Shown in pieces: positions 1 through 10,411 of a DNA stretch of 64,000 nt (positions are counted from its first letter, which is position 1; each line of letters starts with the position of its first letter). Location of the stretch: the IMG/VR virus record IMGVR_UViG_3300035661_000038, positions 17,956-81,955 of that record; one strand, 5' to 3'. Origin of the DNA: a virus. The notes beneath the pieces are model-generated. The model worked only from the letters and a program-made list of their open reading frames with translations, made no database searches and had not been told where the DNA came from. The position numbers were made by a program, and so were the translations under genes.

Positions 1-69
1 CCCCCATTGCCGCGAGTCAGTGCCCGGGCCTGCGACGAGCTCGCGGATCGCAACGGCGTCGACATGCAT
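1..69 (-). CDS. Partial CDS running off the window edge (MHVDAVAIRELVAGPGTDSRQWG...), probably a baseplate/spike gene
   Basis: ATG at 69 lies 7 nt after TAGGCT; follows the baseplate hub gene; product inferred from synteny only. Confidence 0.5.
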   Translation of the reverse strand, partial: MHVDAVAIRELVAGPGTDSRQWG

Positions 70-79
70 GTGCGCGAGC

Positions 80-1831
80 CTACGCCGAGGCCGCGGCGTC
101 CGCCGAGCCGTCGTCGGAGCCGAAGACCGAATCCGCGCGTACCTCGATGTAGTTCATGCCCTCGATGTCGAAGGCCACGCCCTCGTCGATGTGCCACTGC
201 GTCGCGATCGTCTTGGTGCGGAACACCGTCTGGAACCCCGAGTCGCCGTACGCCTTCGCGTACGCGTCGGCGAACCCGCTGTCGAACCCGATATCGCGGA
301 GGAACTGTGCCGCGCGCTGCGCGACGACCAAGTACTGCTCGATCTGGTTCACTGTCGGCCCCGTCGGATCGCGGTTCACCAGGAGCTCGAACGGGTCGCC
401 TGCGCGCATGTCGAGGATATCCGGATCGAGGTTGCCGCCACCGAGCGAGGCGAGGTTCCTGGTGGAGACCTTAATTGAGAGCTCGTTGCGCCCGACGGTC
501 TCGTAGATGTGCTTCGCGATTGCGATGAGTGCCGCCTCGGAGCGGAAGCCCGACACCTTGTGCACGCTCCACTTCGCATCGGTGCCGCCATCCCCCGGTA
601 GCCCCATCGCGAGGAAATCGTCCTTGCCCGGGAACCGCCCGACGAGCAGCCGCTTCTCTGCGGGGAGGTAACAGCGCACCTCGATGTTGCTCGGGGCCTG
701 GCGGTTGTACGCGCGACCGATGCCGATCTTGAGCACATTTCGCCCGTAGATGAAGACGCGGTGCGCGACACCCGCGCGAGGCATGAACGGGTCCGTGGGG
801 CGCGGCGCGATCGTCGACGAGTAGAGCGTGCGCGCGCGCGTGATGACGACGGTCGTGCCCTCCAAGAAAATGAGGTGCCCGAGCGCGCCCGCGGCGTCCG
901 TCAGGTAATCCCAAACCGAGAGCTTGCCCGCGCCGCCGCTCGCGCCGCCTGCGCCCGCGGGTGGAGGCCCGAGGTTGGGCGCGTAGGTGCCCTTCGCGAG
1001 TACTGATTCCAGCGTGGGCGCGGTGCCGACGCCGCGGTACTCGATGGAGAGGCCGACGAACTGCGGGAAGTGCGCGAGATACTTCGCGACCGATTGCGGA
1101 AATTCGATCTTCGCGTCGAGCACGAGCGCCGGCGGTGCCTCCTGGTCGATGAGGACCTGGGTGTTGTCGCGGCACTCCAATGTCGCTGTCGGCTCGCTCT
1201 CATCGTTGATGTCGACGTCCCACTTGTCGACCCACCCTTCAAACCGGAGGTTGGTGCGCGCGCGGCCGTTCGAGTCCACGTACTCGTCGGGCAAACCCAC
1301 CGACGTCGCGCCCTCGCCGCGTCGCTCGTCGCGCATCTGCGCGCCGTGCTCTTCGACCGGGATCGTGCCGAGGTAGAACTGCACCGCGCACGCTCGGATC
1401 ACTCGCGGATCGATCGGGCAGTCGACGAACTTGATCACGAAGCGCAGTGTGTCCGCTGCGCGCACGCCGTTCTGCGTCCACTGCGCCTCGCGCGGGATGA
1501 TGCCTTCGATGAAGTGGGTGCGACCGTCGCTTGACGATCGCTGCTCCTGGGGGGAGCCGGTCTTCTGGTCGGTGGGTGTGCCGCCCTGAGGCATGAGCAC
1601 CCACCGACGCGCGAACGGCGCGCCCGGGTTGAAGGGCACACTCTGGTCCTCGACCACGCGAAGCTCCGCGCGTGCATCGCTCGTGCCTTTCGCGTTCTTC
1701 GCCGGCTTCTTCGGCACGCGACTCTTGAGCGGTCCGGTGTCACCGAACTCCTCGAACCGGATACCCAAGCGGACCTTCGCCCGCGGGACATACGTCTGCT
1801 CGGGCGTGATGGTGTCGAAGTCGTCGGCCAC
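80..1831 (-). CDS. Baseplate hub / gpD-like tail protein
   Basis: 583 aa; FEGWVDKW and LECRDNT segments resemble gpD/gp27-like hubs; lies after tape measure and LysM genes. Confidence 0.55.
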   Translation of the reverse strand: MADDFDTITPEQTYVPRAKVRLGIRFEEFGDTGPLKSRVPKKPAKNAKGTSDARAELRVVEDQSVPFNPGAPFARRWVLMPQGGTPTDQKTGSPQEQRSSSDGRTHFIEGIIPREAQWTQNGVRAADTLRFVIKFVDCPIDPRVIRACAVQFYLGTIPVEEHGAQMRDERRGEGATSVGLPDEYVDSNGRARTNLRFEGWVDKWDVDINDESEPTATLECRDNTQVLIDQEAPPALVLDAKIEFPQSVAKYLAHFPQFVGLSIEYRGVGTAPTLESVLAKGTYAPNLGPPPAGAGGASGGAGKLSVWDYLTDAAGALGHLIFLEGTTVVITRARTLYSSTIAPRPTDPFMPRAGVAHRVFIYGRNVLKIGIGRAYNRQAPSNIEVRCYLPAEKRLLVGRFPGKDDFLAMGLPGDGGTDAKWSVHKVSGFRSEAALIAIAKHIYETVGRNELSIKVSTRNLASLGGGNLDPDILDMRAGDPFELLVNRDPTGPTVNQIEQYLVVAQRAAQFLRDIGFDSGFADAYAKAYGDSGFQTVFRTKTIATQWHIDEGVAFDIEGMNYIEVRADSVFGSDDGSADAAASA

Positions 1832-1987
1832 GCGACGAGGCTACACCGAGGCATCGAGTCGGCCACGGGCAAGACCTATCTCAGCAACGAGCTCGACGAG
1901 GCGATCCTGCACGACTTCGTTTCGAATCCGACGAACGCGCTCGCGATCGACAACTTCGCGAGCCGCTTCGTCCTCTCGCGCATCGCC

Positions 1988-3259
1988 TCACGCCCCAGTC
2001 GGTCGCCCCGTCGTCAACGCCGGGATGACAACCGGATGGCCAACTGCCGGTGAGACCTGGGACCACGGCAGTCGGTTCGCCTTGGCGATGTCGGCGGCGT
2101 GGTCCGGGTCGCCGTAGTAGGTCATCGAGAGGCCCACGAGCGTGTCTCCTTCGCGAGCGACGTGGACCGCGAGGATGTCGCCCTGGCGTGCGCCCGAGAG
2201 AGTCGCAGCGGTGGACGATGCCTGGAGCGGCGCGCGCTCCGCGACGAACGCCCGGATTGACGTCATCAGCGTCACCGCGTCGTCGACGACGACGCGCGCG
2301 GTGTCGGCGGTGCCCGCGAAGTACCGCGCCGCGCGCACCACATCGATCGTCCCGGTCTTTGTCGAGAGGAGCTCGGCGGGCACCTGGCCGAGCGTGTCGC
2401 CGAAGTCGTTGGCCGTGCGCGCGATGTCTGCCGACATCGCGACCGCCGCCGTCTGCACCTGCGCCGGCACCGTCGCGATCTTCTGCGCGATGCCGGCGAG
2501 CGACTTGAGTTGCCCGGTGACGTACTGCACCTTGCGCGACGCCTGCGCGAGCACCTCGGACGGGTAGTCGGCGAGCGATTCGAGCTGACCGAGGGTGAGC
2601 GAGTTGGGCGCGCCGATCGACGCCGCGCGCGCGAGCTCGGTGGAGACCTTGCCGGCGGCGATCGATCCGGTGGTCGCGATCGACGCAGCCCATGCCGCTG
2701 CCGACGCTTGGCTACGCGCGACCTGTGCGACGAGATTCGCGTCGCGCGACGAGATCGGCGACGTCGGACGGCCGCCGCGTCCCTTCCACGCGAACTCGAC
2801 GCTCCACGCGATGTCGTGTGCGCGCGTCGTTGGGAACTCCCACGACGTCGCTCGACCCTCGCGCACCACCGAGTCGTTGTCCCAGAAGTCCGGGCCGCTC
2901 GACCTCCACGTCACCCGGAGCAGTGCCCCCTCCGATAGCAGCGCCTCGAACGCATCGCGAAGCTGCTGAGGAGCGACGAGCGAGGTGATCGTTCCGTCAG
3001 AGTCAGTGAACGTCGAGCCGCTCTTGGCGAGGAGCGTGCGCTTCCACTCGCCCTCCCACGTGCTCGGCAACTCCGAGAACGCGAGAAGCTGCTGTGTGGC
3101 GTTCTTGTTCCCGGGATACCAGGTGGTCGGCACCTTCTGCGCCGACTTCCACGACGCCCCCTGGTGGGGGAGGCCGTTGCCCGCGAGAAACAGAGCGCGC
3201 GGGCGCCGACCGATGACGTCGACCTCTTCGATGAGGAGGAAGCTGGCGTACGCACCCAC
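1988..3259 (-). CDS. Tail/baseplate initiator with C-terminal LysM-like domain
   Basis: C-terminal VHVAREGDTLVGLSMTYYGDPDHAADIAKAN is LysM-like; GGAGG SD; follows tape measure. Confidence 0.65.
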   Translation of the reverse strand: MGAYASFLLIEEVDVIGRRPRALFLAGNGLPHQGASWKSAQKVPTTWYPGNKNATQQLLAFSELPSTWEGEWKRTLLAKSGSTFTDSDGTITSLVAPQQLRDAFEALLSEGALLRVTWRSSGPDFWDNDSVVREGRATSWEFPTTRAHDIAWSVEFAWKGRGGRPTSPISSRDANLVAQVARSQASAAAWAASIATTGSIAAGKVSTELARAASIGAPNSLTLGQLESLADYPSEVLAQASRKVQYVTGQLKSLAGIAQKIATVPAQVQTAAVAMSADIARTANDFGDTLGQVPAELLSTKTGTIDVVRAARYFAGTADTARVVVDDAVTLMTSIRAFVAERAPLQASSTAATLSGARQGDILAVHVAREGDTLVGLSMTYYGDPDHAADIAKANRLPWSQVSPAVGHPVVIPALTTGRPTGA

Positions 3260-3292
3260 GGGATCCTCCTGCTAGACGAGCGGAGGTCTGAC

Positions 3293-3314
3293 GACCAAAA
3301 AGCGCCTTTTGGTC
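3293..3314. repeat. 22-bp dispersed palindrome copy 1 (spacer AGCGCC)
   Basis: GACCAAAAAGCGCCTTTTGGTC, intergenic. Confidence 0.95.
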
Positions 3315-3330
3315 GCTGCCCCCGAGAGGC

Positions 3331-3543
3331 TCACTGGCCGCGCTTCGTGGCCCACTTCATCAGCGGGTTGTCCGAGCCGGCGCCCGCCTTGCCTCCGCTC
3401 TTCTTGGCCGTCTTCTCGTTGGCCGACGAGCTCTCAGTGTCCGACCCCGAGTCGCTCGACGAGCTCTCGATGTCCGACCCCGAGTCGCTCGACGAGGAAT
3501 CGGAACCCGCGATCTTCTTCTTGATGAACTCCGGCATGGACAT
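3331..3543 (-). CDS. Small Ser-rich hypothetical protein
   Basis: 70 aa with an internal 30-bp tandem duplication (SSSDSGSD twice); GGAG SD. Confidence 0.5.
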   Translation of the reverse strand: MSMPEFIKKKIAGSDSSSSDSGSDIESSSSDSGSDTESSSANEKTAKKSGGKAGAGSDNPLMKWATKRGQ

Positions 3544-3616
3544 CGGTGTTGCTCCGCGTCGAGGGATGGCGGGGCGGTGCGCCCCGCAAGCTCACCCCGC
3601 CGACGCTATCACGCAC

Positions 3617-5554
3617 TCACGAGCCGAACACCCCCGCCATCCGCGACTGCGTGCGCGAGGCGGCCGCCTTCGAGACATCACGCTGGAACGCGACGAATAC
3701 GCGATCCGGATCCTGGTCACGGAAGTCCTGCTTGAGGTTGAACGTCTGCCCGCCGTTCATGTTGATCGCTGCGCCCTTGCCGGCCGAGTTGGAGATGATC
3801 TTCTTGAGCTGCTCGCCGACGAGTGACTTGAGCGTGGCGTTCTTGATGTTGTCGCCGAACCCCTCCAGCGCCCCGCTCGCGAGTATCCCCGACTCGATGA
3901 GCACGCGCTGGAGGTCTTTCGACTTTTCGAAGACGCCCTCTGCGTACTTGCGCGCTGCATCGTCGTGAGCCTTCGTCGCGGCCTGGTACGCCATCACGAA
4001 GTCCGCCGCGCCGCCGAAGTCGTTCGTCTTCGCCTTGAGCGCCGCCTGATGGAACGCTTCGCCGCCGCCACTGGTGACGGCGTACGAGTTGATGTCGAGC
4101 GCGCCCTGGATGTAGCGATGGATCTCGTCCGCGCTCATCCCCGCCGCCGTCGCGGCGTCGTGGAACTTTTGCTGCGCCTTCTGGAGCTTGTCGATCGGCG
4201 CGTTCATGTCGCCAGCGATCCGGTTCATCTTCCTCAGCGCGCTCTCGGTCTTCGAGTCGAGCTCCCCCGGCACCGCACTACTGCCGGTGCCCGTGGCCAT
4301 CTCGAAACCCTTCTTCGCGACGTAGCGCACCCCCTCCGAGAGCCCGCCAGTGACAATGCCGCTGATGATGCGGCTTGCGGTCATCGTGTAGTCGACGATC
4401 GCGCGCGCTGCGTCGACGACATCTTTGAACGCCTTGGCGACGGATGCGCCGTCATTCTTGATGTCGTCCCAGGCATCGAGGATGTCGTCCATCGTCGTCG
4501 AGAGCGAATTGCTGATCGAATTGGCGTCGTTCGACTCCAATGAGACGAACGTGCGCATGAAGTCGCCGACGAACTTGATGAACTCGGCGACCCGTTGACC
4601 GAAATTCTTCGCGTACGTGGCGATGAGCTCCTGGTGCTCCAGGAAGAACGTGCGGATGACGTTGATCTCGGAGATGACGGCCTTGACGATCGGCGCGCCC
4701 ATGTCTTCGAGAATCTGGCGCTTCATGTCGGCCATCGACTGCTTGGCCGCGTTGAAGCTCAGGGGCATCTCTTTCGCTTTCTCAGCCATCTTTGTGACGG
4801 CCTTCTCCCCAAGCTCCAGCATCTTGTCGGGAGACATCTTTTGGAGCTGCGTGGCGACCTGCTTCGCGTTGCCGTGGAGCACGCTCGTCGCGGCGATGAG
4901 CTGAACCACCGGGTTCTTCGCCCTCACAACGCCTGCCTCCATCGCGGCGAACCCCTCCGACAGCTCGCTCATGCCGAGCCCCGAGATGCGCCCCGCCTTG
5001 GCCATTGCCGTTGTGAGCTCCTGGACCTGATCGACGCTCTTGCCCGAGCGCTCAGCGATCGCCGTAAACGCGTCGGTCATCTGCTCTGCCGAAACGCCCA
5101 TCGCAATCGCGGTGTCTTCGAGCTCGTTGTGGACGAGCTTGGAGACACTTTTGATTTGATTGAGCGATGCGTTCTCCCCCGCCATCATCATCATCGCGGA
5201 GCCGACCTTCTTGACCTCCTCGCCCTCCACCATCGCCGCATGGAACGCCGATTCGGCGAGCGCACCCGCACCCGCGATGCCCGCGCCGATCGCTGCGACG
5301 CCCGCCGCCATCGCGACCACCGAGCCCTCGACGACGTACTTCATGTTCTCGAAGCCGCTCGTCGCCGACTTGTGCCCCTTGGCGAGCCCCGTGAAATACG
5401 CATCCGCGCTCTTCTCGTTGGCATGGGTCTGCTGCTCGACCTTCTTGGACGCCGCCGCAACGCGACCAAGCGAGGTTTCGATCTGCTTCGCCGTCTCGGC
5501 CGCGACATCATCGAGCACCAGTCGAATCCGAACCTCAGCCGACGGGTCTGACAT
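3617..5554 (-). CDS. Tail tape measure protein
   Basis: 645-aa Ala-rich helical ORF directly after the frameshifted tail chaperone; N-terminal EVRIRLVLDD. Confidence 0.8.
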   Translation of the reverse strand: MSDPSAEVRIRLVLDDVAAETAKQIETSLGRVAAASKKVEQQTHANEKSADAYFTGLAKGHKSATSGFENMKYVVEGSVVAMAAGVAAIGAGIAGAGALAESAFHAAMVEGEEVKKVGSAMMMMAGENASLNQIKSVSKLVHNELEDTAIAMGVSAEQMTDAFTAIAERSGKSVDQVQELTTAMAKAGRISGLGMSELSEGFAAMEAGVVRAKNPVVQLIAATSVLHGNAKQVATQLQKMSPDKMLELGEKAVTKMAEKAKEMPLSFNAAKQSMADMKRQILEDMGAPIVKAVISEINVIRTFFLEHQELIATYAKNFGQRVAEFIKFVGDFMRTFVSLESNDANSISNSLSTTMDDILDAWDDIKNDGASVAKAFKDVVDAARAIVDYTMTASRIISGIVTGGLSEGVRYVAKKGFEMATGTGSSAVPGELDSKTESALRKMNRIAGDMNAPIDKLQKAQQKFHDAATAAGMSADEIHRYIQGALDINSYAVTSGGGEAFHQAALKAKTNDFGGAADFVMAYQAATKAHDDAARKYAEGVFEKSKDLQRVLIESGILASGALEGFGDNIKNATLKSLVGEQLKKIISNSAGKGAAINMNGGQTFNLKQDFRDQDPDRVFVAFQRDVSKAAASRTQSRMAGVFGS

Positions 5555-5665
5555 GGGGTCTCTCCCGCGCCCCTCACGGGCGCTAGGGCGCGCGAGGGCG
5601 CCCCGCTCGTCACTCTACCGGCCCGCGCACCCGGAGGCCGCTAGAACGGCTCCCCGGGCCTCGCG

Positions 5666-6663
5666 TCACACCTCCCCGAGCAGGTCTTCACTCCCGCCGC
5701 CCTCATCGTCCAGGAGCTCCTTGAGATCCTGGAATTTCTCATCAAGCACCGACACCGGCAGATCGTCCCAAACGAACATCGACTGGCGCCCGTAACGCGC
5801 GAGGAAAACGATCTGCCGTCGCCGCGCCTTCTTCGCGAGCTCGATGTCGTAGTCGACGAACAGGTGCCAGTGCGCGTCGATGAGAGTGCCGTACACCACG
5901 AGGAGCCGCCGGATCGTCTCCTCGATCTCGCGCTCCTCTTCTGCGTCGCAATCGCCCTCCGCGCGCCTTACGGCGAGCGAACCGCGCTTCTGACAGCGAC
6001 GCAGCGCAGTAGAAAATCCACCGTCTCCTCGCCGCTCGCGTTATGCGCGCGGTGGTAGAGGCCGATGATGAGGCGGCGGCCCTTGGCGCCGATCTCGCGC
6101 CAGAACGTCTCTACGTTCGAGAGCGGCCCCTGGGTCCAGTCGCACTTCATCCCGTCGATCGACCGGAGCATCTGCTTCGCGAGCTCGCCGACCGCGCGCT
6201 GGGAGTCGCCACCGGCGCGCTTGTAGGCGGCGTTCTCGTCGGCGGGCGTCAGGTCCCAGAGGATGCACGTGCGGTCGCCCTTGCCCGGGGTGCGCGTGAG
6301 GCCCTTCCGAATCCTGACGAAGTACACCTGGACGCCGGGCGGGATCTTGAACCCGTCGGGCACCTTCGCCCACGAAGGGAGCTTGCGCGGATCGCTGCAC
6401 TCACGCATCTCCGCATCGCGCGTGTCCTCTTCCTCGTTCTCGCTTGCGTCGTCACCGTCCTCGTCGACGGCGATGACCGGTTGGTCGGGCTCCTCTGCGT
6501 CGGCTGCGATGCTCGCGGCCTCGTCGTCACTCGCCCGCTTGTCGATCGTGGCCTTGGCTGCCGCCGCGAACCCCGTCGACTTCGGCGCGGTCGCGGCCCC
6601 GAGGATCGACGCTTTCGGGTCTGCGGGTTCCGTCTCGATCAGGTCTTCGATGTCCATCGTCAT
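5666..6663 (-). CDS. Tail assembly chaperone, -1 frameshift product (G-T type)
   Basis: Slippery G GAT TTT at 6013-6019; the -1 frame stays open into ORF 5666..5899. Confidence 0.75.
5968..6663 (-). CDS. Tail assembly chaperone, short form
   Basis: Between tube and tape measure; GGAGG SD before ATG 6663. Confidence 0.75.
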   Translation of the reverse strand: MTMDIEDLIETEPADPKASILGAATAPKSTGFAAAAKATIDKRASDDEAASIAADAEEPDQPVIAVDEDGDDASENEEEDTRDAEMRECSDPRKLPSWAKVPDGFKIPPGVQVYFVRIRKGLTRTPGKGDRTCILWDLTPADENAAYKRAGGDSQRAVGELAKQMLRSIDGMKCDWTQGPLSNVETFWREIGAKGRRLIIGLYHRAHNASGEETVDFLLRCVAVRSAVRSP

Positions 6664-6706
6664 GCGCCTCCGAGTGACGAAGCTACACCGCGGCATTGAC
6701 CGACGC

Positions 6707-6955
6707 ATGACCGAGACGCGAATCGAGGGAACCCCCACCGGCGCGCTCGATGTGAAGCGCTTCTACATGCGCGACGTGTACCTCGTCGCGAGGTGCCCCA
6801 AGTGTGACTACGAGACCAAGCACGACTTCGCGAGCGACTACCTCGCCTATCCGGAGGTGAACCGCCCGTTTGACCACGGCTGCTACTGCCCCAAGTGCGA
6901 CCACGAGTGGACCGTGCGCCTGACGCTCTCACTCGCCCTCGCGGTGACGTCATGA
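6707..6955 (+). CDS. Small zinc-ribbon protein (CPKC twice)
   Basis: MTETRIEG...RCPKCDY...YCPKCDHEW; ATGA overlap with the next gene. Confidence 0.65.
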   Translation: MTETRIEGTPTGALDVKRFYMRDVYLVARCPKCDYETKHDFASDYLAYPEVNRPFDHGCYCPKCDHEWTVRLTLSLALAVTS

Positions 6956-7290
6956 GCAAGACCACCGCCGAAGAACGCGCCTACCAAGACGGTCGGCGCG
7001 AGACGTTCGCGCGCTTGCTCTCGCACTTCGCCAGCGAGCTCTACACGACGCGCCCCAACATGCTCACGTGCTCGCCTGAGAAGCGATGCGCGGTGCTCGA
7101 AGCCGAGCGCCTCGACACCATCACCGCGCTCCGCGAGTTCTGCGCTGAGCTCGGATACAACGATTGGCCCGACTCGCTGTACCTGCGCGACGTCGTGGCG
7201 AAGCACCTCGCGCGCACGCAGCGACAGCGATTCAGCGACCGTCTGCGCGAACTCGCAAACGACGCTTTCGAGAAGCTGCCGCCGAAATAG
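6952..7290 (+). CDS. Hypothetical protein
   Basis: MSKTTAEE...NDWPDSLYLRDVVAKHL; coupled to the upstream ORF. Confidence 0.6.
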   Translation: MSKTTAEERAYQDGRRETFARLLSHFASELYTTRPNMLTCSPEKRCAVLEAERLDTITALREFCAELGYNDWPDSLYLRDVVAKHLARTQRQRFSDRLRELANDAFEKLPPK

Positions 7291-7438
7291 GAAAGACCCC
7301 CGTGGGGCGGAGGCGCGACCGGACCAAGACCCGGATTCCTTCCCACGAGGGCCACATCATCGAGCTCGCTCGGGAGGAGACGAGCCCGATCCGATCGCGC
7401 CGCCGGGGCGCTCTCGCGCCGCCCGGCCTTGGTGAATC

Positions 7439-7873
7439 TCAGAGCTGCGGTTGGAAGTCGTCGCACTCGAACGACATCTTCACCTTCACGTAGTCGCCAC
7501 GCGACGACACCGCCACCGGCGTCGCGCCCCACGCGACATCGGGGAAGAGCACCGTGGGCGTCGTGCCGTCAGGGAAGTTGCAGATCGCGACCACGTTGAA
7601 CACGAGGTCGGGCTGCACCCGCGACGCCTTGTCCTTGATGGCGGCGAGGAGCCGGAACCAATCCGACGAGTGAAGGTGGAGCTCGAAGTCCCCCTTGCAC
7701 CCGTTGTAAATCGAGTCCTTCCGGTTGGTCTTCTCGCCGAGGTAGCCCTGGCTCTTGATCTCGAACTCCGGCTCGAAGTTGAAGTTCTGGATCTCGGTGA
7801 GCGTGTCCTCCAGGTCGGCGCCCCGGGTGATGAGCAACTGCACTTCCTGTCCGCGGATCCTCTGCTTGGCCAC
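7439..7873 (-). CDS. Tail tube protein
   Basis: 144-aa beta-rich ORF right after the sheath; AGGAG SD. Confidence 0.75.
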   Translation of the reverse strand: MAKQRIRGQEVQLLITRGADLEDTLTEIQNFNFEPEFEIKSQGYLGEKTNRKDSIYNGCKGDFELHLHSSDWFRLLAAIKDKASRVQPDLVFNVVAICNFPDGTTPTVLFPDVAWGATPVAVSSRGDYVKVKMSFECDDFQPQL

Positions 7874-7911
7874 GTGTGTTCTCCTTTCGAGTTACCCGCG
7901 ACTCACGCGGC

Positions 7912-10179
7912 CTAGGGGAGCTGCTCGACGACGGAGACCGTCGTGCCGACCGTCGCCTGAATGACGATGAAGTCCATCGTCGAGAGCGTCCGCACGTTCA
8001 CGATCACCCGGAACATCCCCGCGGCGATTGTCTCGGGTGTGTTCGGCGTCACGGCGTCGACCGTGTAGCCGGCGATGCGCTGCGCGGCGGGTTGCTTCGA
8101 CGAGAGGAGTCCTTCGAGGAAGCTCGTGATCTGCCCGGCAAACGCCTTGCGTCGCGCCTGGGTGTTGACCTTCTTGCCATATCGCTTCGCGAAGATCGCG
8201 ATCGAATCCTCGACGTAATCAGCCATCCGTCGGCGGTTGATGTTGACGAGGCTCGGGTTGGCCGTCGGGTCGACGCTCGTGACGCCGCTCTGGAAGACGG
8301 GCACGCCCGCGTCGATGCGCAGCGCGCAAATGCCCGCCTTCTTGAACGCCGTGTAGTCGTCGACGAGGAGCGGGCTGACCTTCGACTGCGCGCGCGCCTG
8401 CGTGTCGACGCCGTTCACCGCCACGAGATAGTCGGTCTGCTCGCCCGGGTTCTGCTCGGGCTGCTGCTGGCTCATGATCGACGCAAGGAACCCATCGGCC
8501 CCAACGTCCACCGAACCGTCGGCGGTGAAGCCGACGCCACCCGAGAGGCCGACGCGCGCGATGACCGGCACCGTCGTGTTCGCCCCCGGCCACACGTAGA
8601 TGACCCGCTGGTCGCGGTACGCGCCGACGCCCGGAGCAACGGTGGACGACTTGGCCGCGGCCTTGGGCGTGCCGAGGGGCGGGCGGATGATGGCGATGCG
8701 CCCGAGGCACCCGCCCGCGCTCGCCGCGATGGCGTTGGCGCGGAGCGCATTGCGCACGGCGTTCGACTGGCGCGCCGAGTAGACGATGTTCACGTCACTC
8801 GACGCCGAGCTCGGGTCGAGGGTTGCATTGAGCGCCGTCTGGTACGCGGCGTCGATTTGCGTCTCGGTGAGCGCGGCGCTCGTGGCTTGCGCGTTGATGA
8901 CGGAGAACGACCCCGCCGTGATTGGCGTCGTCGACGAGACGGTGTTGATGTACGCGGCCGCGGCCGCGATTCCGCTGCCGTCGTCGGTTGCGTGTCGCAC
9001 GGGCACCGACCACGGCCCCGCCGTCGACGCTGCGACACCGCCGATGGTGACGCCGCTCGCCGAGAACACGATGTCCTGCGTTGTGACGAACGTCCTCGTC
9101 GCGCGCGGCGTGCTGTTGTGGACGATGGTCCCCGCGGGAATGAGCCCCGAGGTCGGACGGCTCGCGGTCGCCGTTGCTCCGACGACGAAACCAAGCGCGG
9201 TGGCGGTCGTGTGCGTGCCGACGGTGATGGAGCTCGCGACGGTCGCCGACACGCGCAGCGTCCCATCCGGAAGCGTGTCGACGAGGGTGTTTGCGATCGC
9301 AGCCTCGATGACCGCCTTGACTTCGGCGGGGGTGACGGCGGCGATGTTGGCAAGGTTCTTCGAGCCGGTGCCCGTGGTCGTCCCTGCGGTCAGGTTCAGT
9401 GCCGCGAGCACGCCCGCCGAGCCGGCGATGATGCGGACTTGGCCGCCGGTGCCGAGCTGTCGACCCGTGAGGCGAAGCTGGCCGCCATCCGTATCGGCGA
9501 AGTTGAACCCGGCGTAGAGGTTGATACGCGCGGCGACGAGGGCGAACGTCGTGTCGCCCGCGAGGAACGTCACCGTGAAGTTCGGGTGGACGTTGATGTC
9601 GTCGAACCCGAGCGTCAGCGTCTCACCCCCGACGAACCCCGCCGGCGAGCCTGCGCCCGCGCCGGTGACGGTCGCGGCAGTCGCGTCGAACGTCGCGTCG
9701 ACCTGACCGGCGCCGAGATCGAACGAGACGATCTGGCCTGGCGCGAGCACGTACCGGAACGCGCTCGCGCCGAGCAGGAAGGGCAGCGCGGTGAAAGCGA
9801 CGCTGCCGACACTCGTATCGACGCGGCACACCTGGAGCGCGGAGAACTTCTTCCCCGACAGCTGCACCGCGCCGTTGCCGTTCCACGTCTCGCCGACGAT
9901 CACGTCGTCGGCGTAGCGGATGCGCGCGCACGGGTTGTTTGCCTGGGAGAGGGCGCCGCCGATGTACCCGAGCCCGCCGAACGTCGTCTGCACGTCCGTC
10001 GCGCTCACCACGTCGGTCGGCACGTTGTACGGCCCGTTCTCGAACTCGCCGACGAGCAGCACCTTGCCGGCGCCGACTGCGGTGATCGACTCGGGCGGGG
10101 TCAGATCGAGGATGTTGACGGCCTCGACCTGGAGCAGCACATCAAGACCAGGATCGTCCGTGAACTTGCGGATGAACAT
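7912..10179 (-). CDS. Contractile tail sheath protein
   Basis: LVGEFENGP N-terminus; C-terminal NINRRRMADYV...VNVRTLSTMDFIVI sheath signature; GGAGG SD. Confidence 0.87.
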   Translation of the reverse strand: MFIRKFTDDPGLDVLLQVEAVNILDLTPPESITAVGAGKVLLVGEFENGPYNVPTDVVSATDVQTTFGGLGYIGGALSQANNPCARIRYADDVIVGETWNGNGAVQLSGKKFSALQVCRVDTSVGSVAFTALPFLLGASAFRYVLAPGQIVSFDLGAGQVDATFDATAATVTGAGAGSPAGFVGGETLTLGFDDINVHPNFTVTFLAGDTTFALVAARINLYAGFNFADTDGGQLRLTGRQLGTGGQVRIIAGSAGVLAALNLTAGTTTGTGSKNLANIAAVTPAEVKAVIEAAIANTLVDTLPDGTLRVSATVASSITVGTHTTATALGFVVGATATASRPTSGLIPAGTIVHNSTPRATRTFVTTQDIVFSASGVTIGGVAASTAGPWSVPVRHATDDGSGIAAAAAYINTVSSTTPITAGSFSVINAQATSAALTETQIDAAYQTALNATLDPSSASSDVNIVYSARQSNAVRNALRANAIAASAGGCLGRIAIIRPPLGTPKAAAKSSTVAPGVGAYRDQRVIYVWPGANTTVPVIARVGLSGGVGFTADGSVDVGADGFLASIMSQQQPEQNPGEQTDYLVAVNGVDTQARAQSKVSPLLVDDYTAFKKAGICALRIDAGVPVFQSGVTSVDPTANPSLVNINRRRMADYVEDSIAIFAKRYGKKVNTQARRKAFAGQITSFLEGLLSSKQPAAQRIAGYTVDAVTPNTPETIAAGMFRVIVNVRTLSTMDFIVIQATVGTTVSVVEQLP

Positions 10180-10389
10180 CGCAACGCCTCCGACTGGTGA
10201 ACTCGGTCCCGGCGCGCCTTCCGGTCTCGATGGAGCGAGACTCGCACGCACCCGTCAACGGTGTCACGCGCCGACGTGCTCGCGGACGCGTTACTGCCCC
10301 GCCTGCGCGTCCACGAGCGTCGGGTGACATCCCGGAGCCCCAACCGGTCGCGCGCGTCCTAGCGCCCCTCGGGGCGCCCGCGTGCGCGG

Positions 10390-10411
10390 GACCAAAAAGC
10401 GCCTTTTGGTC
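10390..10411. repeat. 22-bp dispersed palindrome copy 2 (AGCGCC)
   Basis: Overlaps the TGA stop of 10410..11171. Confidence 0.95.
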
